Assembly: GCA_043228905.1 (NCBI GenBank)
Contig: JBHGNT010000017.1
Coordinates: 4,588,001 to 4,652,000 of the forward strand
From: Azolla caroliniana
Lineage: Eukaryota; Plantae; Polypodiophyta
Reading direction: 5' to 3'
Length of the DNA: 64,000 bases
Shown: positions 1-11,539 of the stretch, piece by piece
Position numbering within the stretch: position 1 is the first letter of the stretch
How the letters are laid out: each line of letters starts with the position of its first letter
Notes under the pieces: generated by a model
The model's database searches: none
What the model saw: only the letters and a program-made list of their open reading frames with translations
Told to the model about the DNA's origin: nothing
Translations under genes and position numbers: made by a program

Positions 1-3000
1 GGAAGATATGTGTACATAATCTGGAATAGAATATTGAACACTCAATATTCTCTGCAGTCATCAATGTCAGCATGAGAAGAATATAGTGTACAGATTCAGT
101 ATGATATTATGAAAACAAGAATATAAAATTGAATTCATACAACGATTGTTTTACGTAGCATAAAGAATGGAAACAGATTTGAAAGCATACACTGATTGTT
201 TTCTTGAAATTTCTAGGATCTTTAGGATCTTCAAATGGGTAGGCGCCCACTAGCATCACATACAAGGTGACACCACAGGACCATACATCTGCTATCTGCA
301 TAGATTGTACACTCTTTTTATAGACTATAAAAAGAGGTGTGACAATACTGTTCAAGATTTTAAGTTACATGAAACAAAATATCCAGAACCCAATCGCATT
401 TTACCTTCCCATCATACTCCTTCCGCGACAACACCTCGGGAGCTATGTATGCAGGAGTTCCCACAGTAGACTTGGGTTGAGAATGAAGCAAGGAAGACTG
501 CCAAAATTATCAGATTACTTTCAGTTAAAATTCTCTCGTAGGAAAATTGGGCGTTCCTCAGTATAAACAATTTTAGAGTTAAATGTAATTACCTTAGAAT
601 ATCCGAAGTCACAAATTTTGAGCTTCGGTGAAGGGCTCCCATCCAATAGTGTGTTCTCTAGCTTAAGATCACGATGGCAGATTTGCTGAAAGGTTTCATC
701 ACAAATGGATGTATTAATCTTCTACACATTAAGACATTAATAGAAGATCTCCAACTATTCTGAAAAAGAAGGCAAATTGAATCCATTTGGGAGATGAGAA
801 AGAATGTGCATAAGTTCACACTAATGCACATTCTTTCTGCCAACCTCCAGAAACAACTATATATTGTATTTATTGTCATTGAGTTTGCGCAGGCATATAA
901 TAAGGGGTCTTCCCCCTTATTTCAGATTCCATCAGGAAGAGATAAGAAAGGATATACCGCATTATAGCATTATACCATTTAAATTTAGGGTTCTTTTTCT
1001 CCTATTCATTTAGAAATGTGAATAAAGTGTCAGGTAATCATGAACACTGAATCTAAAAATGATATAAGTCCACTGTGCGTAGGGACCTTTTCCTATAGTG
1101 GAAAATCTTCCTTCTTATATTGAGTTTCCATATCAGTATTACCAACGTCATGAAATTCTATACATGAGGGGCCTATTCCCCCATACCATTCCCTAAATAA
1201 TGTTCTCAACTTCATCTGTTCAGGGCGGATGGTATATCTAGTTGGGTGTAGTGTCCTGTCAAACCTAACTAGATAGATATTATGTTTGCTTTAACCTGTG
1301 CAAAAAAACGTATGTTTCTTGGCACAATGAAAGGCTCCTCACAAGAAAAAACTAAAACGTTTAGGGTGGGGTCAAAAAAATAGCTCAGGTTTTAATCCTA
1401 TGCTGCAGAAATTCATGCATTGGTTTGAAAGTCTTGGTGAGATTTATTGAAAACAGAAAGCATTTTTACCATGTCATGGCAGTAGCTCACTCCACAAATC
1501 AATTGCTGGAAGTAATATCTAGCCTGGAAGGTAGACACAAGACACAACAGGAGAGCTGAGTCAAAACATGAACTCAAAATTAAGTGAGTTAATTTGAAGA
1601 GATACTAATAATCACAACAATAATGATGGATTACCACCTTATGAAGATAAGGAAAGATAGATACCTCATCTTCACTGAATCGCCCTGCGTTGCAAATACG
1701 TTCGAATAGTTCACCTCCTGCTGCATACTCCATCACTATTGCCAAATGTGAGGGTGTAAGACAGACCTAAAAAACCCAGCAGAGTACAAGAGTAAATATA
1801 AAGAACAAACTAGATAAAGAATGAAACATGGAAGACAGATCACAAATGAGAGAGCTGTATTTACCTCTTTAAACCGTACAATATTAGGATGCCGCAGAGA
1901 TCTGTGGTTAATGATCTCTCTCATCACATTCTCGTCGATCTGTAGTTCAAAAAATTACTCTAAAACCAAAAGTGGGATCCAAAACAGAACATTAACTTCA
2001 GTTATTACGAAAAGAAACTGAGGTAGAATCACAGACATCGAAGAAACCAGACAAAAGACCAGAACGGATCGAAATTCAAATACAGTCTATACATATGGCA
2101 CACTCAAAAGTAGATCCTAACAGAAGGAAAACGATTTAACATAAATAAACAGGCTTTCAGCAAAATATTGAGATGGATACAAAACATTGAGGCCTAAACA
2201 TAACACAATCACAAACAAGCTAAGAAACAGAAATATATGAAATAGAGTTCGGATTCAAATGAAACCACATACAAGAAATACAGAATTTGCAGACAAACCC
2301 TAACTCCTAAATGGAAACACAAAAAGAGTAGAACTTGAAGCTAGACTTTGAGGCCTACACCTAAGACAATCACAAATATAGAAATTCACATACAAAGATA
2401 GAAATTTGCAGACAAACCCTAACTCCTAATTGGAAACACAAAAGGAGCAGAATTTGAAGCCAGGCCTTAAAAATCGCATATCCCCAACTGCAACCACATA
2501 CAAGAGAGACCGAATTTGAATCCAAATCCTAAAATGGAATCAGATATAGAACAGAGTCGAAACCCTAACTTACAAAGAGTATGTTAAGGGAAAAATCCTA
2601 AGTAGCGTGTGTTCCAAAAACCTACATGAAAATACAGAGAGAAGAGGATTTGACATCGAAACCTTAAATGGGAGCAGAAAGAGCAACAATCTGGAATCCA
2701 GCCAATAGGTGATTTCAAACACAGACTGATTTTGGAGCAAAGACAAACAGATTTTGAAGCCAAGATTTGATATCGAAACCTTAAATGGATGCAGAAAGAG
2801 TAACAATCTGGAATCCAGCCACTAGGTGATTTCAAACACAGAGACTGATTTTGGAGCAAAGACAAACAGTTTTTGAAGCCAAGTCCTAACTGGACCTACA
2901 TATAAACTGACACAAATCTGAAACCAATCTCTGGTTGTGTGTGTGTGTGTGTGTGTACCTTTGAGCCTCGTTCTATATACTTCACTGCAACAAGCTCTTT

Positions 3001-3078
3001 GGTTTTCTTGTCACGAAGGAGGCGAGCAACACCGAAATTTCCGGAACCGATCTCTTTCACTACCTCGAAACGATCCAT
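1..3078 (-). CDS. SnRK2: SNF1-related protein kinase 2 (SnRK2), 3' end outside the window
   Basis: Exons on minus strand: 2959-3078 ([31 protein letters not shown]), 1865-1939, 1665-1766, 1470-1523, 593-685 ([14 protein letters not shown]), 405-497 ([21 protein letters not shown]), 191-295 (DVWSCGV) and <1-51. All junctions are GT-AG and phase 0. Exon sizes 120/75/102/54/93/93/105 match the conserved plant SnRK2 layout. Confidence 0.97.
2270..2885. repeat. Two pairs of ~115-120 bp tandem duplications in SnRK2 intron 1
   Basis: GAATTTGCAGACAAACCCTAACTCCTAA..GGAAACACAAAA recurs at ~2283 and ~2402. ATCGAAACCTTAAATGG..CTGGAATCCAGCC..TTTTGAAGCCAAG recurs at ~2655 and ~2772. Confidence 0.85.
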
Positions 3079-3289
3079 GGTGAGAGATGGTCTTCTAGAA
3101 GGGAATAAGAAAAGAAGGGGAGTCGGAGACACAGGAAGAAAAGAACGAAGGAAGAGAGAGAGAGATGAGCAAAGAAATTAGACACAAGGGGAGAGGGAGG
3201 CGAGAATAAACAAAAAAAAAACAGATCAGAGACAGAAAAGAAGGGAAATAGACAACAAGGGATAAAGAGATACAGCGAAAGTGGGTATC

Positions 3290-3328
<39 letters not shown>

Positions 3329-3430
3329 TAGGAGAAGATCGCCATGAAACCTGCACATTTTGGCATAATATAGAGAAGAGAGAGAGAGAGAGAGAGAGAG
3401 TGAGAGATGACGATCGATGACCGGATGGCT

Positions 3431-3660
3431 GACGTTGACGTCCGGGGCTGAGCATCCGACGCGTGGAAGGGGAAAAAAAAAGGAAGAAAAAAAAAACAAA
3501 AATACAAGAAAAGAAAATTGAGAGAAAACAGAGTACTCTGTTTCTCTCTCTCTCTCAGAGAAACAGAGTATACTCTGTTTCCTCCACCCCCCCCCCTTCT
3601 TGATCGCCTATAACATCGACACGTGGACGGCCCCGATGCTTCCACATGTCCACGTTGTCC
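3431..3660. promoter_or_regulatory. SnRK2 upstream region with ACGT-core and CE3-like elements
   Basis: GACACGTGG G-box at 3618-3626, ACGCGTGG (CE3-like) at 3459-3466, plus TGACGT cores at ~3430-3441. These lie upstream of a CT-rich 5' leader. Confidence 0.4.
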
Positions 3661-4099
3661 ATGGGACACCTGTCTAGATGATTGGTCCCCCCCCAATGGA
3701 CAACATGTCCGTGGTTTCTACCCTCGGGGTACCCCGGTCATATGGACACCCCCCCCCCCCCCCATCATTTTGTCCACGTTATCGTGAGCCTTTTTATGTC
3801 CCGAGTGTATTAAACCGATGCCCAAATCCCCACCTACTTACCCCATATTGCATCCTTACCGATCGATTTGCATATATCCACCACGCAGTGATAGCCGATC
3901 AATACACACACAAAAAAAGCTCCCGATTAAACGAATTCGCAGTCGTGACCGGCGAACCACCTTTTTTGGGTTGTTATGTTGATGATGATGTTTGTAGTTC
4001 GTAGTACATAATTGCATGCAATTTGGACATGTTGACAAAAAAACACACGCACTGAAAAAAGGGAAAAAAAAAAAAGAAAATGCCCCGTGATATGCTTTC

Positions 4100-4990
4100 A
4101 CAAGTGTTGCCTTTCTTTATCCACATATTCTGTAGGTTACAAGTGGCATTCCCGAGTTTGAAAAACTTGCCCCCACTAAGTAATATGCCAAGCAAACATC
4201 TCCAAATGAAGAAGACATGTACGTTCCTTTACCAACAACAAAGCTACACAATGCAAAGAGTATGGCATTGATTACTGAACCAACCATTTGCACATATTTC
4301 AAATTGTAATGTAATGCACATCTACCCACGATTTTGATTGTAGGTGTTGCACCACATACTACATGATTTTTAAGTGAAGAATAGACGTCAGCCAAAAGTA
4401 TGCCTGGAACTAGCAACTAAATCCATATGCTCCCTTTTTAGCAATCACTACAATTGTCTTCACACGCTTCACATGCTCTTCATGTTCTTACAAAGCTTAT
4501 CTATGTTATTTGGTTTCATGTTTTTAGTTTGTTGAGGATAGGTGATTTATTGGTCTCTATCATCTCTCCATTCATTGTGGGTTTTCACCTCCTCTCAATG
4601 TTTCCCACATCCAATATAAACCATAACAAAAGATAATGGGGCTACATCCCTCTTTCCTAACCAAATGCCTTGTTCTTAAGTCCACTACATCTTCGCCATA
4701 AGACGAACTTATGAATGATCGCTTATTATTGCATTTAACTCTAACATATCATGATTAGGGAATCGTGAACACTCCAATTGCTTGTGTGTAACAATTTGAT
4801 AATTAAATGTCCAGTTGTTCATATGTGAAGATGTGATTGAGTTAGACGTTGGAATTTCAATTACTAAAGTGGCAATATATTGTTTATTTAGGGTCTTGTT
4901 CCTCATTGATCCCACTTTATTCAATGGATCTTGACTTGGTCTTTGATGGTTTAACACATCTTTTACGTTCCCCGTGTCTTCCTCGTTGTT
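4100..4990 (-). mobile_element. Degenerate LINE (non-LTR retrotransposon) ORF2 3' fragment
   Basis: Minus-strand translation gives VFFIWRCLLGIL..G..(Y)RICG, resembling the zf-RVT motif FFxWRxxxxxL..CxxC, and VVDLRT similar to the post-RT GxxDL motif. It has many stops and frameshifts. Confidence 0.5.
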
Positions 4991-5077
4991 AGTGGAGAAG
5001 AAACTCTTGGAGAGTTATTTAAATGAAATGACAGAAAAAAAAATGGAACAAGTAGTGTTCCAAGTTCCCTATATCAT

Positions 5078-5195
5078 TTGTTTAGTCCACAAAGTTGTTG
5101 AAAGTGTACATTAAATTAATATCGACTTTCCAAGTTCTCTATATCATTTGTTTAGTCCACAAGGTTGTTGAATGTGTAAATTAAATTAATATAAA
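5078..5195. repeat. ~70 bp tandem duplication
   Basis: TTCCAAGTT..TATATCATTTGTTTAGTCCACAA.GTTGTTGAA.GTGTA.ATTAAATTAATAT occurs twice in succession. Confidence 0.85.
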
Positions 5196-5916
5196 CTTTT
5201 TGATTACACCGTGTAATCATAAAGTTGATATTAGTGAGGAATTGTTAGTATAGATTTAAATATAGTATACCTATTCTCTTCGCATGTGTGTGTATGTGAG
5301 AGAGAGTGCATGTGTGTGGGTAAATACGAATGAGTTTATAAATGCAATGCGTTCACACTACTGTCATTTAGGATATAGGGTCATTTTGAGTCGAGAGCTC
5401 TATATTGCCAAATTTGTTGATGTCTTCTTTGAACTTCATTTCATAATTTATACATGTTATAGTTGTTTCAACTTTCACATATCTGCTCGTTTAATAACCA
5501 AAAAGGTAGGATACATTTGAAAATATTTCTCTGTCAATACAACAGAACAACATTATACCCACGAAGAATGTGGTAGAGATAGAATTCATGTAGTACGAAA
5601 TAAATTTATTCTTAAGAGAATGTTGTATAGTTAGATGTCTATATTGAATGTAAGATTGAATTTTGGAATTCATATAACTTGTGGCACAACCATAGTGAAA
5701 ATGACATCCATTATGGTTCATCCAATGGAGAGTCAATCACTCATAACATTTTAAGAGCACGAGTACAACTCATCAATTGGATGCCAACAACGCAATGCTT
5801 CATATTGACAAACAGACTCGGGTGGATATAGTTTACACTTACAATACCTAGTACAACCATCCCTTCTAAAAAACATCTCCATCTATTCATCTAATGGAGG
5901 TTGTAAATTTTATAAT

Positions 5917-6552
5917 GGTCAATGTATCTTTTGGTGATATAGATCATTCTATCATACATTCGCAATGCCAAATTAGCTTCTTTGTGCTTGCATGAGAGCT
6001 TGTTAACGTCTTATATAAGATTAAATTTTGCACAATGAATTCAAGATGTTTAATATGTGCAAATGGTTTTTAACATGTTCAATGTATCCTTTGGGTGCTA
6101 TAGATTGGTCTACCATAATATGAATGTCAAATGTTCTCCCTCCGTACTTGTATGAGCTTGTCAATGTCTTATCTAAGATCAAATTCTGCAAACAATCAAT
6201 TCACGATGTTTAATATGTGCAAATGGTTTTTAACATGCTCAATGTATCCTTTGATGTTGTAGATTGTTCTATCATATTGCAAATCCAAATATTATTCTTT
6301 TGTACTTGCATGAGTTTGTCAATGTCTTATCTAAGATCAACTTATGCAAACATTCATTTCATGATGTGTAAGATGTGAAACGGTTTTTAACATGCTCAAT
6401 GTATAATTGGGTGTTGTAGATTTTTCTACCACACATACGTAAATGAAAAATATTCTTCTTTCGTACTTGCATGAATTTGTCAATGTCTTATCTACGATCA
6501 AATTATGCAAACATTCATTTCATGATGTTTATTATGTGCAAATTGTTTTTAA
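5917..6552. repeat. Diverged tandem repeat, about 4 units of ~160 bp
   Basis: TCAATGTATC..TAGAT..TACTTGCATGAG..GTCAATGTCTTATCTAAGATCAA..GATGTTTAATATGTGCAAATGGTTTTTAAC recurs at ~5919, 6079, 6239 and 6396. Confidence 0.85.
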
Positions 6553-7449
6553 CTTATGCAATAAAACAAGGCCTCATGCGTTAAAAGCACATTAGGAAAG
6601 CATTGAGCTTATGTATCCTTTATAGTTTATAATGGTCCAAATCAAAATTTATTAATGTATTGGCAAAAATGATAAGACTCGCGGTATTTAATCGAATGTT
6701 CATATAACAAACATTCTATACAATGAGTGTTTGAGATCAATTACATTGAAACTACAATGGGTGTTTGAGATCTTAGTTTGACGTAACACGACTAAGTTTT
6801 TTATTAATCCATTTCTCCTATAAACATAGCTTTACGAAATCAATTCTGACATGCATATTTGTTTTAGGTAAATACTTCACTGACGCTTTTTGACATAAAT
6901 GTATGGCCTTGAGAATTCGACAAATCACAACAACTTTTCTCCTCGAAACATGGCTTTATATATTCAATTTCCAACGAAATTCGTGCTCTAAGTTCGATGT
7001 AATGTGAATAAATCTTGACAAATAGTCTTCTTCAAAATACATCACTTTACGAATTCAATTTCTACAAGCCAAGGGATTGAAATGGTTGGTAATTGCTTAT
7101 AAAAGGCACCAACAAAATACAAGCACCCACACTCTCTTTTTGACACATAATAATGTTACAATCAGACCTTTTCTCATTTCATACAAGACCGTATGTGCAA
7201 TAGCACATCATGTTAGCATTGCCCTTACGGAAGAACCAAAAGGATAGCAACAATATCATCGTCTTTATATTCATGGTTTTTTTATTATGCTTGTTAAACT
7301 CTTCACTAGGCCTCCAACGATAAAACAAAAGTCTTGCATTTTTTCACCACCTTATACCAATGCATAGCTAATAATAAACAAGGGCCTAAGTGAGATTCAA
7401 TATAATGAGGTTGAGCACCATGGGGAGAGGATGTTTTCAAATGAAACAA

Positions 7450-8450
7450 TAGACCATAAAATAATTGCACAAGCATGAGTAGAACTCATACTACTATTTG
7501 TAATATAACATATAGGCATATGACAACGAAGAAGTATACTAGGATGATATGACAACATGTACTAATAATAAGTTACATAGCACTTAAGAGGTATGCTTGC
7601 ATTTAAATTTTGGGTGCTAATGGATTGATATTGTAGTTAAATATTGTTTGAATGAATGATCGTTAACACCGCAATTTTTGTAGAATAATATAACAAGTAA
7701 GGCTTTCCATTATCATACTAATAGTTTATATATTTATAATGTTATATGGAGCCACGAACATTTTGATCATAAGTGACAACTTTTTAGATATTGTATGATG
7801 AATGATTGTCACTTTTAAAAGATGATAATGGCTCCACAATGAACGCCTGATGGGCTTGTCTTTAGGCATATACCGTGAATAAGTGAAGTGGTGATTGATA
7901 TGTATAACAACATCATTATATGAATTATTAATCGAACATTGTGACTAGTACATTGAGAATCTAATTATGAAATAATATTATAAGGATTAGCATACAAAGT
8001 TTAGGGGCTTAGAAATTATTGTGGTGCAATGAACTAATCTACAACATTGAAGGCATCTCCAAAGTGAGTGGAGATTGATGTAAATGGTTCAGATGGACAC
8101 ATATGAAGCAATTCTACACATGGAATGTGTCTATATTAGAACTCAATGATGTGCATTGTGAAGTATCAAAGTGAATGCATAGTCCACAACATGCTAAATG
8201 TGTGTAGGGTTTCCCCATGCACATGAGCATAGTGACCTTGATATCACTTATCATTTTTGTGTGTACTTAACAATTTAAAAATGTGTGCATGTGCTTGTTT
8301 GATATGTTGAATTCTTCTCTAAGAATGCTAATGGATAAAATATTCAAAATGCTCTACAACATTGGTACAATGATGATGTTATTAGTTGTTCTCTACCATA
8401 TATTTTTATGCACGCAATAGTACAAGTTGCGTACACATGCAATGGAAATG
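7450..8450 (+). mobile_element. Possible highly decayed DNA-transposon (MULE/SWIM-like) coding remnant
   Basis: AT-rich, CpG-depleted sequence with no intact ORF. Only faint Cys-x-Cys traces near 8200-8330 support this call, so it is weak. Confidence 0.2.
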
Positions 8451-10432
8451 ATTTCTCACAAAAGGATAATAACAATGGTTATATCATGTCTAATGCAAAC
8501 TTGAACCCTTCAATACTAAAGTAATCAACAATGTGATTAACATTTTTGGGGATTGAACCTCTCATAGACACAATGTCACCGTCATATATTGAAAGATTCC
8601 AACTCCAAGGACCCATCGTGAATATATTGTACATACATTGCAATTAGATAAACACCTCAATTGTAGTAAACCAAAAGAGAAATACAAAGGTATATGTAGT
8701 GCATGCACATAGAAATTAAAGTTACGACAAAAGCATACAAAAATTCGTTAATGTGGCAACCTTACAAGGGTGCATGCTCACAACATTGTCCACTAAATTT
8801 ATCATCTTAAACCAAATCAAAGAATCACAAGTCATGTGAAACCACCATGTGAGGTGAGAGGGAAATTTCAAAATGATCTCCTTGCATGTTTCGAAGGTTG
8901 ATTTCACATAGGAATATAATGTATATGTGTAAACTCATGTGAGCTGGTAAAGTAGGTTGGAAAGTCTCATTTGGAGGCATATTAAACAAAAACATTTATC
9001 CATCAATAGTATTGAGTTAGTAATAAGTATCCAATCCATGCAAGTACGTATAGCCACAAGATGCATAGATGTCCTTTTAAAATATGGCTCCCCTTGAATT
9101 GTATGCTTCAACGTACATCCTTTGAATTCTACCTCCCGTTGTTCAACGAGTGGTTGTTCCACAAGAGGTGTTGGAGTAATCTCTTAATGGCTGTGATCAT
9201 CATAATCATCTACATAAATCTCCACATAGACAAAACAATATTTTTATACCATATCGTTTAAGCATGCAAAATACTACATCTTTTTCAATTGATTTTACAT
9301 GGGTTGAAAACAATATTGCTTCTTTTAAGGTAATGCTAATAGCATAATTTTAGTAAACAAGCGTAGAATGCTAGTTTCCTAGTGTGGAATCAAGTATTCA
9401 ACCATTGAAGACCAATTGGTAGACTATAGGACTCATGAGGAATAAAGAAGAATATGTGAAATAATTAAATAAAAAAGAGGCAGCCAAAGAAAAACCCCAT
9501 CCAACTAATTACGTATAAACCCATATAGACCCACGCCTTTGTCCAATAAAGTGATGGGTTCGTCCTTGGCTTTTTGGTTGGGGTTGTGTCTCTCATAATA
9601 GAAAAGTATTAAAGGTGTTTTACTTGCAATAATAACATTTACAATGTAACATTATACTTGTAGTGATAAGATTTACAATGCCACATCACCTTTGAGAGTT
9701 AAAAATGCATAACAATATTTAGAAAGGACATGAAACCAGCCAATGAGATGCATTTCTCCTACATTGAAACAGAATCTCCTGGAAATTCAAAGCAAGACAC
9801 TCTTTTATAATAGCACTCATTCATAGACTAACACTTGTAGAGAAATCCTAATTAATTCACATTTGTTGCACTATGAAGGCAATTGTGCAAGGGCAAAACA
9901 TTCAAGATTGACCATTCCCAATAAATTCAAATCAATATCTTAGGCTTATCTTTAAAGCATGTGCAAGGACATTGAAGATTTGGCCACGGATAATTCACCA
10001 AGAGAATGTTCAAAGGGGCTCTTATATCAACACCACTCATTCCTATTCTTAAACCATACATAGCACTCACTGCTACCAAAATGTCTTCATTACTACCCAA
10101 CAATTGTTCGCACTTCTTTGCATAGATTGAAGGGTGAATCAATATCTCAAGCATATTTGTACATGGCTTATGTACTCCATGGGTTTGCAGATGGCATTGC
10201 AAATTAGGGTATGGGTACTTCTCCAATAGAAACTTTGAGTGGGGCCCCATACCAACAAAACTCATATCTCCTTGAACCATAAGTTATGACCCATATTTCA
10301 CAAGTTCAACGAGCACATTGGAATTTTGCCCAAGGTTAGTTGGTTTCACCACTAGGAACATTGAGAGGGGCTCTTATATCAACATCATTGATGTATAAGC
10401 ACTCATAGTTACAACTCTAACTTCAGCATTGC

Positions 10433-10894
10433 TAGTAATCAACAACAATTCAGTTTGAGATTCTCAAACTCATACCATTTTATTTTTTTGGCACTCAACT
10501 GAACCGAATCAGATCACAATACCTTTAAACCAAGTGATTTGTACAAGCTCAAACCAAATGGTTCAAGAGATATAGAGATATAGAGAAAGTGGTTATGCCA
10601 AGATTTTGCAACTTGATTTCAAGTCCAACCAAATTGATCAAAGGGTTATTTTTGGGAAACTCACACTACATATGATATATAAATCATTTATAGAGTTAAT
10701 TTATATATTGAATAAATATAAAAAAATGTCCCCCCCAAACTGTTACACCGTTTAAGACACAATTCAAATCCAAATAAACTGCAAACTTTGAGCCAATAAG
10801 GCTCAAATTGAACCCTTCGCCAAATCAAACCGATTAAGTTGTTAACCTAAGGTTTCTCTTGGTTCAGCTCAAACCAAATGGTTGTCAAATCCTA
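10433..10894. mobile_element. Old hAT-like MITE (AACCG/AAACCAAATGG-rich)
   Basis: Imperfect terminal inverted repeats TAGTAATCAACAAC / GTTGTCAAATCCTA (10/14 match). Internal AACCGA and AAACCAAATGGTT motifs surround an AT-rich core. Candidate 8-bp flanks match only 5/8. Confidence 0.45.
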
Positions 10895-11539
10895 ATTATT
10901 ACCCACAATTCTAGCAATTCATATCCCACCTTAGTGATGATAAAAAATTCTTCAGACTTAACCCAAATCGTATGAGGAAATCAAGAGAAAGGTTTGCCAA
11001 AACATCCATTGATCAACTGGTAATTATGCATGTTACGTAAAAAAATGTTTTTAAGAAGCAATTATATTCACAAGATGAATACCAGACATAGGCCGAGGAA
11101 CATTAGTAACCAAGTGAGATTAATACTCCTTTAAAAATCAAAATGATAGAGTTATCAATGGAATGTTGAAAAACAAGCTTATTTGGTTGCTGATGACATC
11201 AATAAATGAATTCTTCTTTTTATACATAACTTTCCAAAAACTATGTGTTTTTTTACTTACTCACTGGTGACAGTTTTGTGTAACCAATACATGTCTTAAG
11301 CATAAGTTTACACTCAATATAAACAGAGCCCTTTTCATTTACAATAGTACAATCATCGATAAGGACAGTCTGGACTGTCTATATGAACCCATGATTAACA
11401 AGTACACAGCAAACTGACTACTGTTACTCCTTCAGTTCCTATGAGTTCTCCATAAAAAATGTCTCGAAAATGGGTTTACTCATCAATTTATAGCTATATA
11501 GGCATTACCTTAGCCATGAAACCAACGATGTTGCATGTT

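Noticed and set aside
3095-3696. ORFs of 130-156 aa upstream of SnRK2 (also 35470-36044, 56570-57016, 62863-63390)
   Set aside because: These are low-complexity translations of microsatellites or alternative/antisense frames of real genes, with no domain motifs.
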